Below are positions 1 through 12,281 of a DNA stretch of 25,756 bases, one piece after another (within the stretch, counting starts at the first letter, position 1; each line of letters begins with the position of its first letter). The DNA lies in assembly GCA_024626585.2 (NCBI GenBank), contig JANKJI020000004.1:174724717-174750472 (forward strand), written 5' to 3'. The notes beneath the pieces were generated by a model. It was not told where the DNA came from. It did no database searches and saw nothing but the letters and a program-made list of their open reading frames with translations. The translations under genes were made by a program, and so were the position numbers. This stretch comes from Ginkgo biloba (taxonomy: Eukaryota; Plantae; Ginkgophyta).

Positions 1-3000
1 TCAGTGTGGTTTTCCCTATTGCGATTTTAATGATAAAAGCGAAAGATGCAGAAAACGAAAAAAGAAACTGAGAGAAAATGCAAAAAAAATGGAAAAGGGT
101 ATAAAAATGGAGAATACCCGTGATAAGGTGACCAAAGTTGTAGTCACGGAGAAATGAAGTCTGTCGGCACGAGAATCGCAAAAATCGGAGCCCGGAGGTG
201 CAAACAACGTCGAAAAAGGCCCCTCATCATTTTGATTGCCTTTAGTTTGGGGGTTTTATATCTCATTGAACCTATTTCTTAGTAATTAATACATTTATAT
301 AATAATCTATGATAGTAGTATTTGTACATATTTAATGCCACCTTACATTTGTATTATTTGCTATTCAATATCCTCATTAGATTCAATTCCCCACAACCTT
401 CTCCACTCCTTTAGATTTATCTACTGATGCCTATTTGTCTATAGCCAAAACTATCTCAAGCAAACTGCCCATATCATGCAATGTGTCCTCATTTATACAA
501 TCATTTGTAAAAGGCTAGTCCAACCTGTATAGGGATCTCAATGGTCTTAGGTTTAAGCAGTTAAAAGTGTATCTTTCTTTGAATGTGATTCTTAATCTTT
601 TGAAAAAAATACTAACGACCCAAGAAGATTCCTAGTCACTATCTTTGTGCCTACTATTTCTACAATTGTATGGCAATTTTAAAGTTCACCATCCCTATGA
701 GAGAATGTGACATTAAATCAAGATATATTTGGCATACGTCTTCCCATTGAAAATTAAACACCGATTCCTCTCTTAATGTGGGTGGGTTTTCCTATTTTTT
801 CGCAAGTGCTAGAGTTGGTATGTGCTTAATAGAAAAATGGAAACCACATGAAATTTCAAACATATCAAAAGGATTAGGATGGTGCCCATAAAGCCAAAAC
901 AACGAAGAAGAACAAGGAACCAACGACAAAGGGGAAGACCAAAGGTTGAAAATGTCATGTTAACTATGGTTCAAGAATTTAACAAACAACAAAATAAGGC
1001 ATCAGGGAAGTGGGGAAGAAGGGTGCATGTTGGATTTATGCTTGCGACATCCCATTTAATGACATATACTAGCTATATTAGCATGATATGGTGACAACAA
1101 CAAATGAAAGGCCAAAAGCCTATGAAATCCCTTTTTTCCATAATGCTCATGCGACCTTGGTTTCTATTAAGGGATTCCTTAGATATTTACGATGCGTGTT
1201 TGTGATAGGATCAAATAATTAGAATTGATCGTTGACCTTGATGTCTTGATGACTTCACACCTTGGTTTTGTTTTTTGTTCAACATTCCATGTCCATTCTT
1301 AGTGTCATCCATCTGTTTTAACACTCTTCCATACTTCCAATCAAGGATTTCATGTGTGGCAATCAATCATGATCATCATTTCAATCTTATAGTTCCACAT
1401 TGTCTGTAATGATGGATGTAAGTACATTTCTACCCCTTCATACCACCTCGTAAATAACTAGATATATGAGCTATAGTACAATTTTATCATAATTTATTAG
1501 CAACCCATCCACATCATTTTCAAGATTGAGAAGATATGTACTCAACTTAATTAAAAATCTTGACTTTAGTTGTAGCAACATGACTATAATGAAGCAATAC
1601 ACATTAAGCAAGATCCTACTCGANNNNNNNNNNNNNNNNNNNNNNNNNNNNNNNNNNNNNNNNNNNNNNNNNNNNNNNNNNNNNNNNNNNNNNNNNNNNN
1701 NNNNNNNNNNNNNNNNNNNNNNNCCCAATTCAGAAGGATCCGATCCGTTCGGTGTTTATTGGTGTGCAACACACATCATGCGTCCCCCTTGCTTTCTATA
1801 CTAAAAACACAATAATAAATGCAATTTTTCTTTCCTATATCTATTTTCTCTCATTGTTGGCAATTGGGTTCTTTTTGCATTTGTGTACTCAATCTGTCAA
1901 CATTTTGGCGTCGTTTCCCGTGTTCAAATCTACGAGGTTTTTTGTGTGACCATTGATTGTTTCGAGGAAACTACTAGGTGACAATAGCAGGGTTGAGAAA
2001 CGAGCGACAGTTATGCCAAGACTAGTAGGGAATGTTTCAAAGAACAAAGCAGAGAGGACAAATTTGGCCTGCTAATGAGGAAATGACATCGACTAATTAC
2101 ATACAGGCATAAAATAAATCACCAAGCGGCCATAAATATAGTCAATCCGATCTATAGCAAAGAGAGGTGTTGGCAACCAGAATGGACAAGTTCAATTCAG
2201 GGCGTTTTTATCAAGGGAGGCCAAAATCGAATTTGAGAGCAGTCGCTAGGTTCTAAAATTGCTAGTTCATGTTGATATGTCTTCAGCTTATGTTGCATAT
2301 GGGGATCAATGAAGCCATCGATGAAGATTTTCTAAACTTCCGTCCCTTTAGCAACAACGTGTGGTCTCAGCAATACCGTCACTTGTGTACAGTCGTTTAG
2401 ATCCATGAATTGACGTATGCTAATTTGACATGAAGATTTGGCTTATGTTTCCCTTTCGCGCCACGAATCTAACGAGATGGATGAGGGCATTTCGAAAAAT
2501 CTCATCGTTGCCTAGAATAAACCCTCGCCATCTACAATAATCGATAGTATTTTCCAATGTTTTAATTCTAAAGTTTCTTATTTATGTGTTACAATGGTTT
2601 TTTGAGATTTGTGTTTTTTTTAGATAATATAAAAAAAAGAAAGAAATACAATTCCAAACACCATAAATTGTTAATGTGGTTTAAGTAACAAAATGTAAAG
2701 ATAAAGTCATGTGTAAATAATTATAAACACAACACTAAATAAAATATATACTTGCAAATATCATTGCCATTTAAATGTGACAATGTAGTCATCTCAGCTC
2801 CTCGCTCCCTTTCAATTGCCAGTCACAACATCTTAGCAATTAATCTCAGGAAAGAGGTAAGAAAAAAATAACTAGAAATGACACAATGGGTTGGTTATTA
2901 GTAATTAGAGCAACGAATATTAAAACTAGGATCTAACAGTATAGAGAATAAATCAACATATAAAGTTTAAGAGTGGAAAAATATGGTTATCCCTAAATAA

Positions 3001-3869
3001 CATCAAATAGAGAGAGTAGAGAAAGAGTGGAGTGATGATTTTAATATCATAGAAACAATACTAAGAAGCATGCATAGGCTTACTTGATGGCACATACAAC
3101 CCACACAAAATCGATGTGACACCACATAATGCCACACAATGCTTATCCCTTCCAAGAATTTCCTAGTACTAAAGAGAGGAAGGTTGCTAATATGATAACC
3201 CTAGGACTTGCACCTAGCATATTCTTTTAGATTGGGAAAGCTTTAAACTCATATGGACATCCACAAGACCAACAACTTAGAGGAATAAGACCTTTTCAAT
3301 AATTAAAATGAAACTTTAGGAAAGATAAAAAGTTTTAGACATACTATTATAGTGATGGATGTGCATCCCCTTATGATGAGCTAAGCAAGGGCTCAAGNNN
3401 NNNNNNNNNNNNNNNNNNNNNNNNNNNNNNNNNNNNNNNNNNNNNNNNNNNNNNNNNNNNNNNNNNNNNNNNNNNNNNNNNNNNNNNNNNNNNNNNNCTT
3501 CATCTTCTTCCTTTACGAATCCATACCTTGTATCAACCATAGGCATAGTGACACTCTTCCCTCGGTGCCGGAGTGTGAAGGGGTACGCGTCCCAATCCTA
3601 AATTACTTTAGTGCCATGGAGCCATTCTCTCCCTAGAAGGACTAGGTATCCTTTGCCTTTACTGGGCATTCAGAGTACTGCAAAGTCTTGCTTCATGACG
3701 CGGGTGGTAGTTGGACGACAACGACAAGGCGTGGCTTCTCAGGACTTGTTAGTGAAAACGACGTTAGTGTTAGTTATGCTCTCGCCGATATTGTTGGCCA
3801 ACTTAGGTCGTTCACTGACAAACGTCAATTTTCCCCCTTACAACACTCCGTTGACTTCACTCACTACTA

Positions 3870-5294
3870 GGATCTTGCACAAGCCACGTCGGTGCACAAA
3901 CCACCGGCTGCGTGCAAACAAGAGATTAAACGTGAAGACAGACAAATAAATAGGCGTACAATTCAGGTTCACAAACACTCAGAGAACCAACACCAAAGAC
4001 CAGTACACTGAGTTTTCAACTAGAAAAACCCTCGCAAGGAATAAAACTCTAAGTCTCATAAATCAAGGAGATTTTACATCAACATTCATACATATGCCTT
4101 CAACGGCCAAAACCCCACTAATAGAGGCGGTTACATTCACACAGGGCACTCAAATCGAGCCATAGCCCAGAATAACCAAATGTGCCTTTCTTCACGGTTG
4201 AACTTCTGTGCCTCGTCGTTCGTTGGTGCTCAATCCTCGCGCCCCTAGTTACCAGGTAGTAAATCGCTTCCAGTCCCATGGTTTAGTTCGCCTTGGATGC
4301 GTTTCAGCAGATTACACAATCTCTCGGCTCACGTCCCCTGTTCGAGCCTTCTTGCCTCCAAAACAACTGGGGAATTTCCTTCCCCAGGCTTCACCAAATT
4401 CTAACTTCCACTTGGCACTCTCAAGCGCCACTTCATCTACCTTCAAGCTCTGTCGTTATGCCACACAAGTTGAACTCCAAACGACACCATGATTTCCACT
4501 GAATGGTCCCGTGATTATCTCCTCTACGCTTTGCTCACACATCAACCACAACTAAACTGCAAATGACTAACCNNNNNNNNNNNNNNNNNNNNNNNNNNNN
4601 NNNNNNNNNNNNNNNNNNNNNNATCGACTTCAATGGTTGGATTAGGTGAGATCCAACCCTTAACGACTCTCGCCATTAATGCTGCAAAGACATTCTTAGG
4701 GTTTCTTTGCTTCGCCCCTGCTCACCTTCCTCAGTCGACTAGTAGGTAGGTAATTAACTACACCCCAACGTTCTCCTGCACGGCTTTCTTCCTCGTCTTG
4801 TTGCATGAACCAACATTAATGGCGTTAGGTGATTAGTTCACTAACTCTTCATTTTCACCCGTCGTTGGTCTCTGACATCAGCTATCCAGCCTAACTCCTA
4901 GAGTCACATCGGTGAGCTTCATGTCCTAAAGTCATATAGGTGTCGGACTCTTTCTATCCGACAGTGTCATTTTGTTCCTGAGGCATGTCAGTGTCGACCA
5001 AATCACCACCGACGATGTCGGATTGCACCCTTCTCACGATGTTGTCGGTCAACGCCTTAAACGTCTGACGATGTCGATTTTTCTCCTTATCACTCCTCCG
5101 ACAATATCGACCTTCGACGCCATTGATCCACTACTGGCGTCGGTCGCCGACCAATGTCAACCAACGACAGAGGTTGGTCACCGACATAGCTTTTCCACAA
5201 AAACGTTGTTGGTCTGCAAACAAGCATAGCTCTGCTATATAACGATTAGCTAAAATACTTATGCCAAAAATGGGCACCCTGTCGGGGTGCTACA
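3870..5294. mobile_element. Decayed LTR-retrotransposon LTR/untranslated sequence with an LTR terminus at 5294
   Basis: GTCGGGGTGCTACA at 5281-5294 (minus strand TGTAGCACCCC) is a typical Gypsy LTR terminus and lies where the neighbouring protease frame stops being recognisable. AGAAAAACCCT...GGAATAAAACTC near 4022-4049 is LTR-like. Left boundary is approximate and the region is interrupted by an N gap. Confidence 0.4.
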
Positions 5295-5309
5295 GTGATG
5301 CTCCTGCGT

Positions 5310-6152
5310 CACTTCACAACAATACCGACTACATTCACGTCGATTTCCCAAATAGCCCCCAATAGTCAAACCTTTGTTTGGTCTGCCATAGTAAGCGTGT
5401 AGCGAGTTGGTTCGATCTTTAGCTTCCCCATTTCTTCCCACATTGCATCCAACACAACATTTACTATTGATTCCCCATCCACAATTGTCCTCTTAATCTC
5501 GTTTGTGCCGATGTTCATGTTGACTTGTGGATTGAAGTCTAGATTAGGTTTAATCCATCGAATTGTTTTGTCGATTGGTTTTGTAGTAACGGATTTCCAC
5601 CAACCCAATATCTTTGCCAAGGGGATTTTGAGGTCCATGTTATCTACCAACTTGCGTAGGAGTTCAAATTTTTTATCATGTGTCATTTTCTTGACGCTGA
5701 AGTTTGGGCTCTCGTGAGGTGCTTCTTGTTTTGGATTTGAAGAATCGCTTTGTTTCCATATGTAGACCTTTGTTATATTTTATTTTTGTCGGATTCATTT
5801 TATTTCTTCATCTGCTTTCTTCTTCCGCAGTGTCTCTAGTAATGCCTCTGCACTTGTAGCGGCCTTTCTCTTTGCTTTTGCCTCTTTCGTTGCTTGCTCC
5901 AATGCTTCCTTGGTGATAGCAAATCTTTCATTTTCTTGTTTAGGATTAGGAAAGTCTGAGTTAGTCAATTTTGTCTTAGTCTCCTTCCTAGACCTCATGC
6001 ATATATTGACATCATAGTTTGCTCCGTTGTTCGGTGTATGACTAAATAGGTTGGTCATCTTTCGTTGTGGGCAATTGGTGGTGGTATGATCCCTAGGTCC
6101 ACACTCTCAGCAAACTAACTTCTTTGTACTTGGTTCAGGAAAGTGATCCTTG
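5310..6152 (-). mobile_element. Degenerate Ty3/Gypsy gag (CCHC zinc knuckle) and aspartic protease remnant
   Basis: 6112-6071 reads C*ECGPRDHTTTNC (C-x2-C-x4-H-x4-C, with one TGA). ORF 5366-5686 reads IVDGESIVNVV...WEEMGKLKIEPTRYTLTMADQTKV*LLG, a retropepsin D-G-G-S-like active site followed by the L-x-M-A-D motif. Stops and frame breaks are present. Confidence 0.85.
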
Positions 6153-6252
6153 NNNNNNNNNNNNNNNNNNNNNNNNNNNNNNNNNNNNNNNNNNNNNNNN
6201 NNNNNNNNNNNNNNNNNNNNNNNNNNNNNNNNNNNNNNNNNNNNNNNNNNNN

Positions 6253-6274
6253 CCTTAGATGTCACCTTTGATGC
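6253..6274 (-). CDS. Start of the next exon of a PAS-domain Raf-like kinase (ASKVTSK), cut by an assembly gap
   Basis: Acceptor TTTTTTAAGCAG ends at 6275, then GCA TCA AAG GTG ACA TCT AAG. Spliced to the previous exon this gives SKISNL|ASKVTSK, the motif following the PAS domain in B2 Raf-like kinases. Intron 6275-6419 is 145 bp, phase 0. Confidence 0.8.
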
Positions 6275-6419
6275 CTGCTTAAAAAAGCCACACAAAGACT
6301 GCATCAAATTTATATTCACAGAAGAATTGAACCTTAGCAATGGTGATATTCAAAACTGATGTGTCCCAAAAGGAATGTCTCAATACAGGAAAAAGATCAG
6401 ACAGGCTTGCAAAGCATAC

Positions 6420-6782
6420 CAAATTGGATATTTTTGATGTTAGAGGCACTTGATATGACTGTTGACATTCTACTCTGGATTTGCTTGTGCCATTGCTGCT
6501 TTGCCTCTGATCACCAAACTTGCCATGAAAAGATACCTTACTGTTGGTTGGATGACCAGATTGCTCTCCAAAAAGACGTGCATCACTTGACACACAAATG
6601 ACACCAACAAAAGTACCATCATCATCATAAAGAGGAGTGTTGGTTACTGCTACTGGAAAGACCTCGCCAGATTTTTTTTTAAGAGGAAAATGGCCCGACC
6701 AACTCTCTCCCACGGTAAGATGATTTACAACTCTGCTTGCAATATCAATGTTACTTGCAGGAATAAGAAAATGGATAATATT
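6420..6782 (-). CDS. Internal exon encoding the C-terminal part of the PAS domain of a plant B2-group Raf-like MAPKKK (gene fragment)
   Basis: NIIHFLIP...GESWSGHFPLKKKSGEVFPVAVTNTPLYDDDGTFVGVICVSSD...QVPLTSKISNL, no stops, ending at donor GTATGC (GT at 6419-6418). The 5' boundary is uncertain: recognisable similarity starts at 6782, while the open frame extends to 6875. Confidence 0.88.
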
Positions 6783-8145
6783 CTTCAGAAAGGTCACGTT
6801 GGCTTCCTTGCTAGACTGTGCTACATGGAGGCACAACCAAACAAAGAGACAGCAAGTCAACTGCAAGAGGAGCATACCGAGAAAGNNNNNNNNNNTCTTG
6901 GTTTATGGATGTAACAAATGAAAAAAAAAGCAGCAACATTGCCTAAACATTAAACTCCTGTAAAATGTAAATAATAAAAAAGTAGACATGAAAATGCAGC
7001 AATCCATTTAATGCTAAATAGGTGGTTCTAGCAATGCAAGCAGTTGAAATAAATCAGTGGTCTTGTTTTGAAGTTATGAACCACCACAATGCAAAAGAAA
7101 GAGAAAAACAAGTTTGCATGCCAATTTTAAAAACATCAGGATGGAAACAAGTAAAAGATAAGCGATCATTCAGTAACCACATCATTTTAATTGCACGTCT
7201 CTTGGTGTCAAGGAAATTTCCAATTCAATTACAAATGCCTCGACAGTCCATCCTGGGAAAAATTCTTGGAAAGAAACAAGAACATGTTGGAGGACACAAG
7301 ATCATTTCAAAACAAAATTAACATAAGAGATCACCTGCATGTAAAAGAGTACCATTTCAAAGTAGAAAATATGGGCCACTGCTTTTCAGGGCTTGATAAC
7401 AAAACGCTAATCCACAACTTAAATCCTGAGCAATAGAATTTACTCAGAAGAAATATTTGAATCACAGAACTGGCAAGATTTAATTAAAAATGAGAGACTA
7501 TGCACTACGAGATTCATTTTTTGTTATAAAATTAGAGGTGTGGATGTATTAGCGAGAGTATAATGGCTCTATAATCTAGGAATATAAAACACTAATTATA
7601 AAGATGATTTCTTTNNNNNNNNNNNNNNNNNNNNNNNNNNNNNNNNNNNNNNNNNNNNNNNNNNNNNNNNNNNNNNNNNNNNNNNNNNNNNNNNNNNNNN
7701 NNNNNNNNNNNNNNTCAAAAGAGATCGAGTCCAAAGAAGATTTGCTAGTAGACCAACAAGGATATACACCATATTCGATTCGAAAAAACTATCTGTACAA
7801 AAATATGGCAAACACATTCAATCGAAGCAATGACAACAAAGCACACAGAAAAATTTCAACCACCACAGCCAATGGGGAGCCCAGTAGGCTGAACCCAACC
7901 AACCGGAATAACACAAGAATGGGAAACTTCAGCATGCAACTGTTATCGCCCTTTTTTGCACCTTTAAATTTGCCTTCTTAATTGCGCAAATCATATTGTT
8001 GTTGCTTGCATTCATTGATATTTCCACCATTTCAATCGTTTCTTGCAACTAATGAGTGCACCGATTCATTTCCACTTCATGCTCCTTAGCTTATCCACTT
8101 ATGATGTTCATTCCTACAATTACCTTATGATGTGCTATCCTAACT

Positions 8146-8700
8146 AGGAGGGGGCTAGTAGTTGGTCCAATGGAGNNNNNNNNNNATTATCTTGCCATAT
8201 AGGCTCTTTGCATATATTTTACCACATTTACCATAATTGTATTGCCTCACATATTACACACAATCTTGAGTCAACAATCCATGTGCACAAATAGGCTCAT
8301 GACCTTGTGTAAGTTGACATCATATGCTTACCTCCTATAATTTCAACGTCACGAGGCCTTATTTATCATTATAAATATCTTTTGATCCCAAGCTCAAAAG
8401 GTATGAGAAATCTTCGATTGTATTATTGCATTTGATTTCAAGCGAACATATCATTCATTGACTATGATCGTGGATTGTTGAGAAGATTTAGTCAGTACAT
8501 GCTACATAGCATAAGGCAAGACTCTGCCAGATTTCTGTCATATTGTTGAGGCAACTACATGATCAAAAGCAAGTTTTTGTGAAAAGAAAGAGGAGAAGGG
8601 TTGTATCCTTGCCATTAATACTAGGGTACTAGTCCTTGCCTTGTGAAGACATTCTAACTATGCCACCTTGCCATTGATTTTATCAATATTTCTCTTTATA
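8146..8700 (+). mobile_element. Possible polypurine tract and start of a decayed LTR
   Basis: TAGGAGGGGGC at ~8146-8156 followed by non-coding sequence with a TATAAATA box. No partner LTR in the window. Confidence 0.3.
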
Positions 8701-10297
8701 TTGTCTCAATCTATGCGTCTTCTTCTTAATGCATGAGGGTTTATGTGAATAATTATATTTTCTTTTNNNNNNNNNNNNNNNNNNNNNNNNNNNNNNNNNN
8801 NNNNNNNNNNNNNNNNNNNNNNNNNNNNNNNNNNNNNNNNNNNNNNNNNNNNNNNNNNNNNNNNNNNNNNNNNNNNNNNNNNNNNNNNNNNNNNNNNNNN
8901 NNNNNNNNNNNNNNNNNNNNNNNNNNNNNNNNNNNNNNNNNNNNNNNNNNNNNNNNNNNNNNNNNNNNNNNNNNNNNNNNNNNNNNNNNNNNNNNNNNNN
9001 NNNNNNNNNNNNNNNNNNNNNNNNNNNNNNNNNNNNNNNNNNNNNNNNNNNNNNNNNNNNNNNNNNNNNNNNNNNNNNNNNNNNNNNNNNNNNNNNNNNN
9101 NNNNNNNNNNNNNNNNNNNNNNNNNNNNNNNNNNNNNNNNNNNNNNNNNNNNNNNNNNNNNNNNNNNNNNNNNNNNNNNNNNNNNNNNNNNNNNNNNNNN
9201 NNNNNNNNNNNNNNNNNNNNNNNNNNNNNNNTAACACACGATTAGTGGTGCCATTGGCAACAACACTACACCATTCCAATATGCAAATTTGAGTAATATG
9301 CAATCCAATAGCAAAATAGGCAGCAATAGTGGATTTAACAACAATAATGGTAATTTCAACAATAGTTGTAGTAATCTCAGGTGGAGGATGTCAGAATCAT
9401 CCATGTGGAGGAAGTAGAGGACCCATTCCAATTTACGTCACCACAGACAATTAACTATCCCATCTTGTGTACGAAAGTTATAGTGACCCCGTAAAACACC
9501 TCACCTACTATCATTTTTAGATGCTCTATTTAATACGAAATACAAGGGAGATATCACTGTGTATTTAGAGAATCTGCAAGGTCTCTCTGTGTTCTTCCAT
9601 TTCCCCGATTAGAGATGCTTGGCTTTGTTTGTTAGAGAGATGGTGACTCTTAGATGTCAATCATAACAAGGCTCCTCTAGATCCATCAAATTAATCACTT
9701 TTTTCTTCTAACCTATTCCATTTATCAGGGGTGTCAAGCGCACTGCAACTACGACAGATATTGATACAGATAGCAGTAGACCAATCAGATAGTGTTCCAA
9801 CACTAAAGCTATTATGAAACCAACTCGTATTATCAGATCCAATAGACGACATAGGGTGACCGTTGCCCCTCCCCACACCCAGGCTAGAGTTCATGATTGG
9901 GACCATGTCACCAGCTTCTTTGCTTCTTTTAGGAGACTTTAATCCTTGGATGTCATGGGAGTTGCTTTCTCTTCTCTCCTAGCGAAGAGGAATTTGAGAC
10001 CTCCCAAGATAGCTCCACCATCTCCTCTCGGCTCGAACTCCCCTCCTGATGACACCTTCAGACTCATTATCGGTGACTACAGAACTATAGATGACACCGT
10101 CGACTCTCCTTGTGATGTGTATGATGGTTAGGGTTTTTTCCTACCCCCACCGCTTCTGAGCATTGTATTCTCCCCTATATGGGAATAACTTATCTTTTAT
10201 TGTACCTTCTAGGGGCTATTTGCATTCTATTGATGTCATATCCTGTAGGGTTTCTTTTCTCTCTTTTTTCCTTTGTAAAATCTTCTTAGGAAGGAGG

Positions 10298-10380
10298 TGC
10301 TTTTGGCACTCCCTTTCTTGCTATTATTAAATGGTTGTACTCTTGAGTCCCGTTGACCTATTGTGGTCATTTGTGGACAT

Positions 10381-10419
<39 letters not shown>

Positions 10420-10847
10420 ACATAGTTGAGAGATAAATAACCATTGGCATGAAAGCTCATTTGGGCAAGTTTTGATCTAGATTTTCATTTGTAGAAGGTA
10501 TTCTTGGCTTTTGTTTTTCATTCCATTTACATAGAAATGTTCTAAGGCATGTGTGTGGTTCTTAAATAGTAGCAACACTCTAAAACATTAGAAGAAGATC
10601 TTCTCCCTTCCTGAATTCTGCCTGATCAAGCTTCAATGCTATCTATGTATTGATATGTGCAAATGTTGTATATAATCAAGGATTCTTTGTGCACTTCTTG
10701 CTGTGTTAATTCTCTTCTGTGAGTTTATATGCAAAATTTTACTTACAACATGATTAAATGAGTTTTCTTAGTCTTTGTGCACCTACAAGTAGATTTCTTA
10801 ATCTGTTTGTCCTCCATATCCAACATAGGTGATCAATGGTATCAGAG
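10298..10847 (+). mobile_element. LTR (about 540 bp) ending at 10835 with a tRNA-iMet primer binding site
   Basis: ...GATCA ends at 10835, then A, then TGGTATCAGAG (10837-10847), the canonical iMet PBS. A candidate 5' TG at 10298 follows the purine tract TTAGGAAGGAGG; this start is less certain. Confidence 0.6.
10384..10417. repeat. (TC)n microsatellite
   Basis: About 17 perfect TC units, directly visible. Confidence 0.97.
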
Positions 10848-11826
10848 TGCCAAGATTACATGTTTGAGAAAAGAAGAGTCCGAATCTGAAGAATGGCACA
10901 CATTGTTCTTATTCTACCTCTTTACGGTTCTTTGCTTCTCTTAGTCAATCTCTCATTGATAAGGAAAAGGAGTCCATTTATGAGTTTTTTTAGATACAAA
11001 GTATGTAGTGCCTATAACAAGGATGTAGTGCCTCTTGGAAAGCTCAAAGACATTAGATTTATGAGTTTTTTAGATTCAGAGCATGTTGGTCCTTAGAATG
11101 GGTGAGAAACGAGGGATTTAATGTTGAAGTAGAAGACTGATTCCTTAGGTTGGACACGACTTCTACGTTGACTTCTAGTGGGTAGCCATATCCAATGCTA
11201 TATGTCTTCATCTTTACCATCATAGAAGGCAAATTTCATGACTTTCTACAAAGAAGACTTGGGGACACCGTGGATGTGCACAGGGAAAGCGACGTAGAGG
11301 CCGTTCAAGGCACTTCATTCAGAAGATGTGTTTATTTGTTTTGTTAGACTTTAATGTCTATTTTCAAAATACATAACTTAGTTTTATGTTAAGGCTAAGT
11401 TGTGTAGTGGTCGCATGTAGNNNNNNNNNNNNNNNNNNNNNNNNNNNNNNNNNNNNNNNNNNNNNNNNNNNNNNNNNNNNNNNNNNNNNNNNNNNNNNNN
11501 NNNNNNNNNNNNNNNNNNNNATTAATGATGTTAACTAGAGGGACGTCTCCCCAAACTAGAATGAACTTCTACTAGGAGATGTACTACAATTAAGTAGTTA
11601 CTAACATGCAGTGTAACATTTAAAAATTTAGTTCTCCTGATGACTAATACTCCTTCAGGCTCTAAACCTCTTAGTTGGGCAACTCGCTTTTTTCAAAATA
11701 AGTACTTAAGACCTTTCCTGACCATTTTAATCGATTTCAACAAGATAATATTAGGCCTTTTACAAATAGATCCTCACAACTTTTATGGTTACCACTAGAA
11801 CGAAGCCCACAAAATGACAATTCTTT

Positions 11827-11900
11827 AAAAAACTATATGACTTTTGAACCTGAGACCTCATACTCACAAGTAGACCACCTTGCCACTACACCATCACTGC
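11827..11900 (-). other. Degenerate tRNA-like Pol III unit (SINE head or tRNA pseudogene)
   Basis: Box A-like TGGTGTAGTGG (11893-11883), 32-nt spacer containing the small hairpin TACT-TGTG-AGTA, box B-like GGTTCAAA (11850-11843), then T6 at 11832-11827. No convincing acceptor stem. Confidence 0.45.
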
Positions 11901-12281
11901 TTCTTGTGATTGAAGGCAAACAAGAGATTAAATATTTTAGAAAACAAATGACTTCTAAAAAAAAAACTTAGCTCTTCGAGCTTTTCAAGCTCCCTTCAAC
12001 TCCTTTTAAATCTTGGCACCAGATGACCACAAGCAACCACTAAACTTTGGCACTTAAAAAAATAACTAAGGCTTCTTTCTTTTAAGCCCTAGTCCAAATG
12101 AATCTTCATGTGACCAACAGTCTTGAAACAAAGAGAATAGACCTCACATATTATTAAAAAATTGAATTTTTAATAACTTGGGTTTTTAAATTTTTTTAAA
12201 AAATTCGAGCTCATTATGCCACCTGTGCCTCTGCTTCTTCACGCGCTTGTGCGTCGCTCTACTGCTTAGCCGTGGGTTCGA

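Noticed and set aside
1950-2520. Moderately GC-rich stretch that looks like decayed coding sequence
   Set aside because: No motif I can assign; frequent stops in the frames I read.
5228-5242. GCTCTGCTATA as a reverse-strand iMet PBS (GCTCTGATACCA)
   Set aside because: Too many mismatches and no adjacent clear LTR end.
7318-7350. Strong minus-strand acceptor TTTTACATGCAG followed by GDLLC-stop, as a terminal exon
   Set aside because: Too short to assign; such acceptors arise by chance in AT-rich DNA.
9232-10131. Asn/Gly-rich and Pro/Ser-rich short frames, possibly gag or accessory ORF remnants
   Set aside because: Low complexity and no diagnostic motif.
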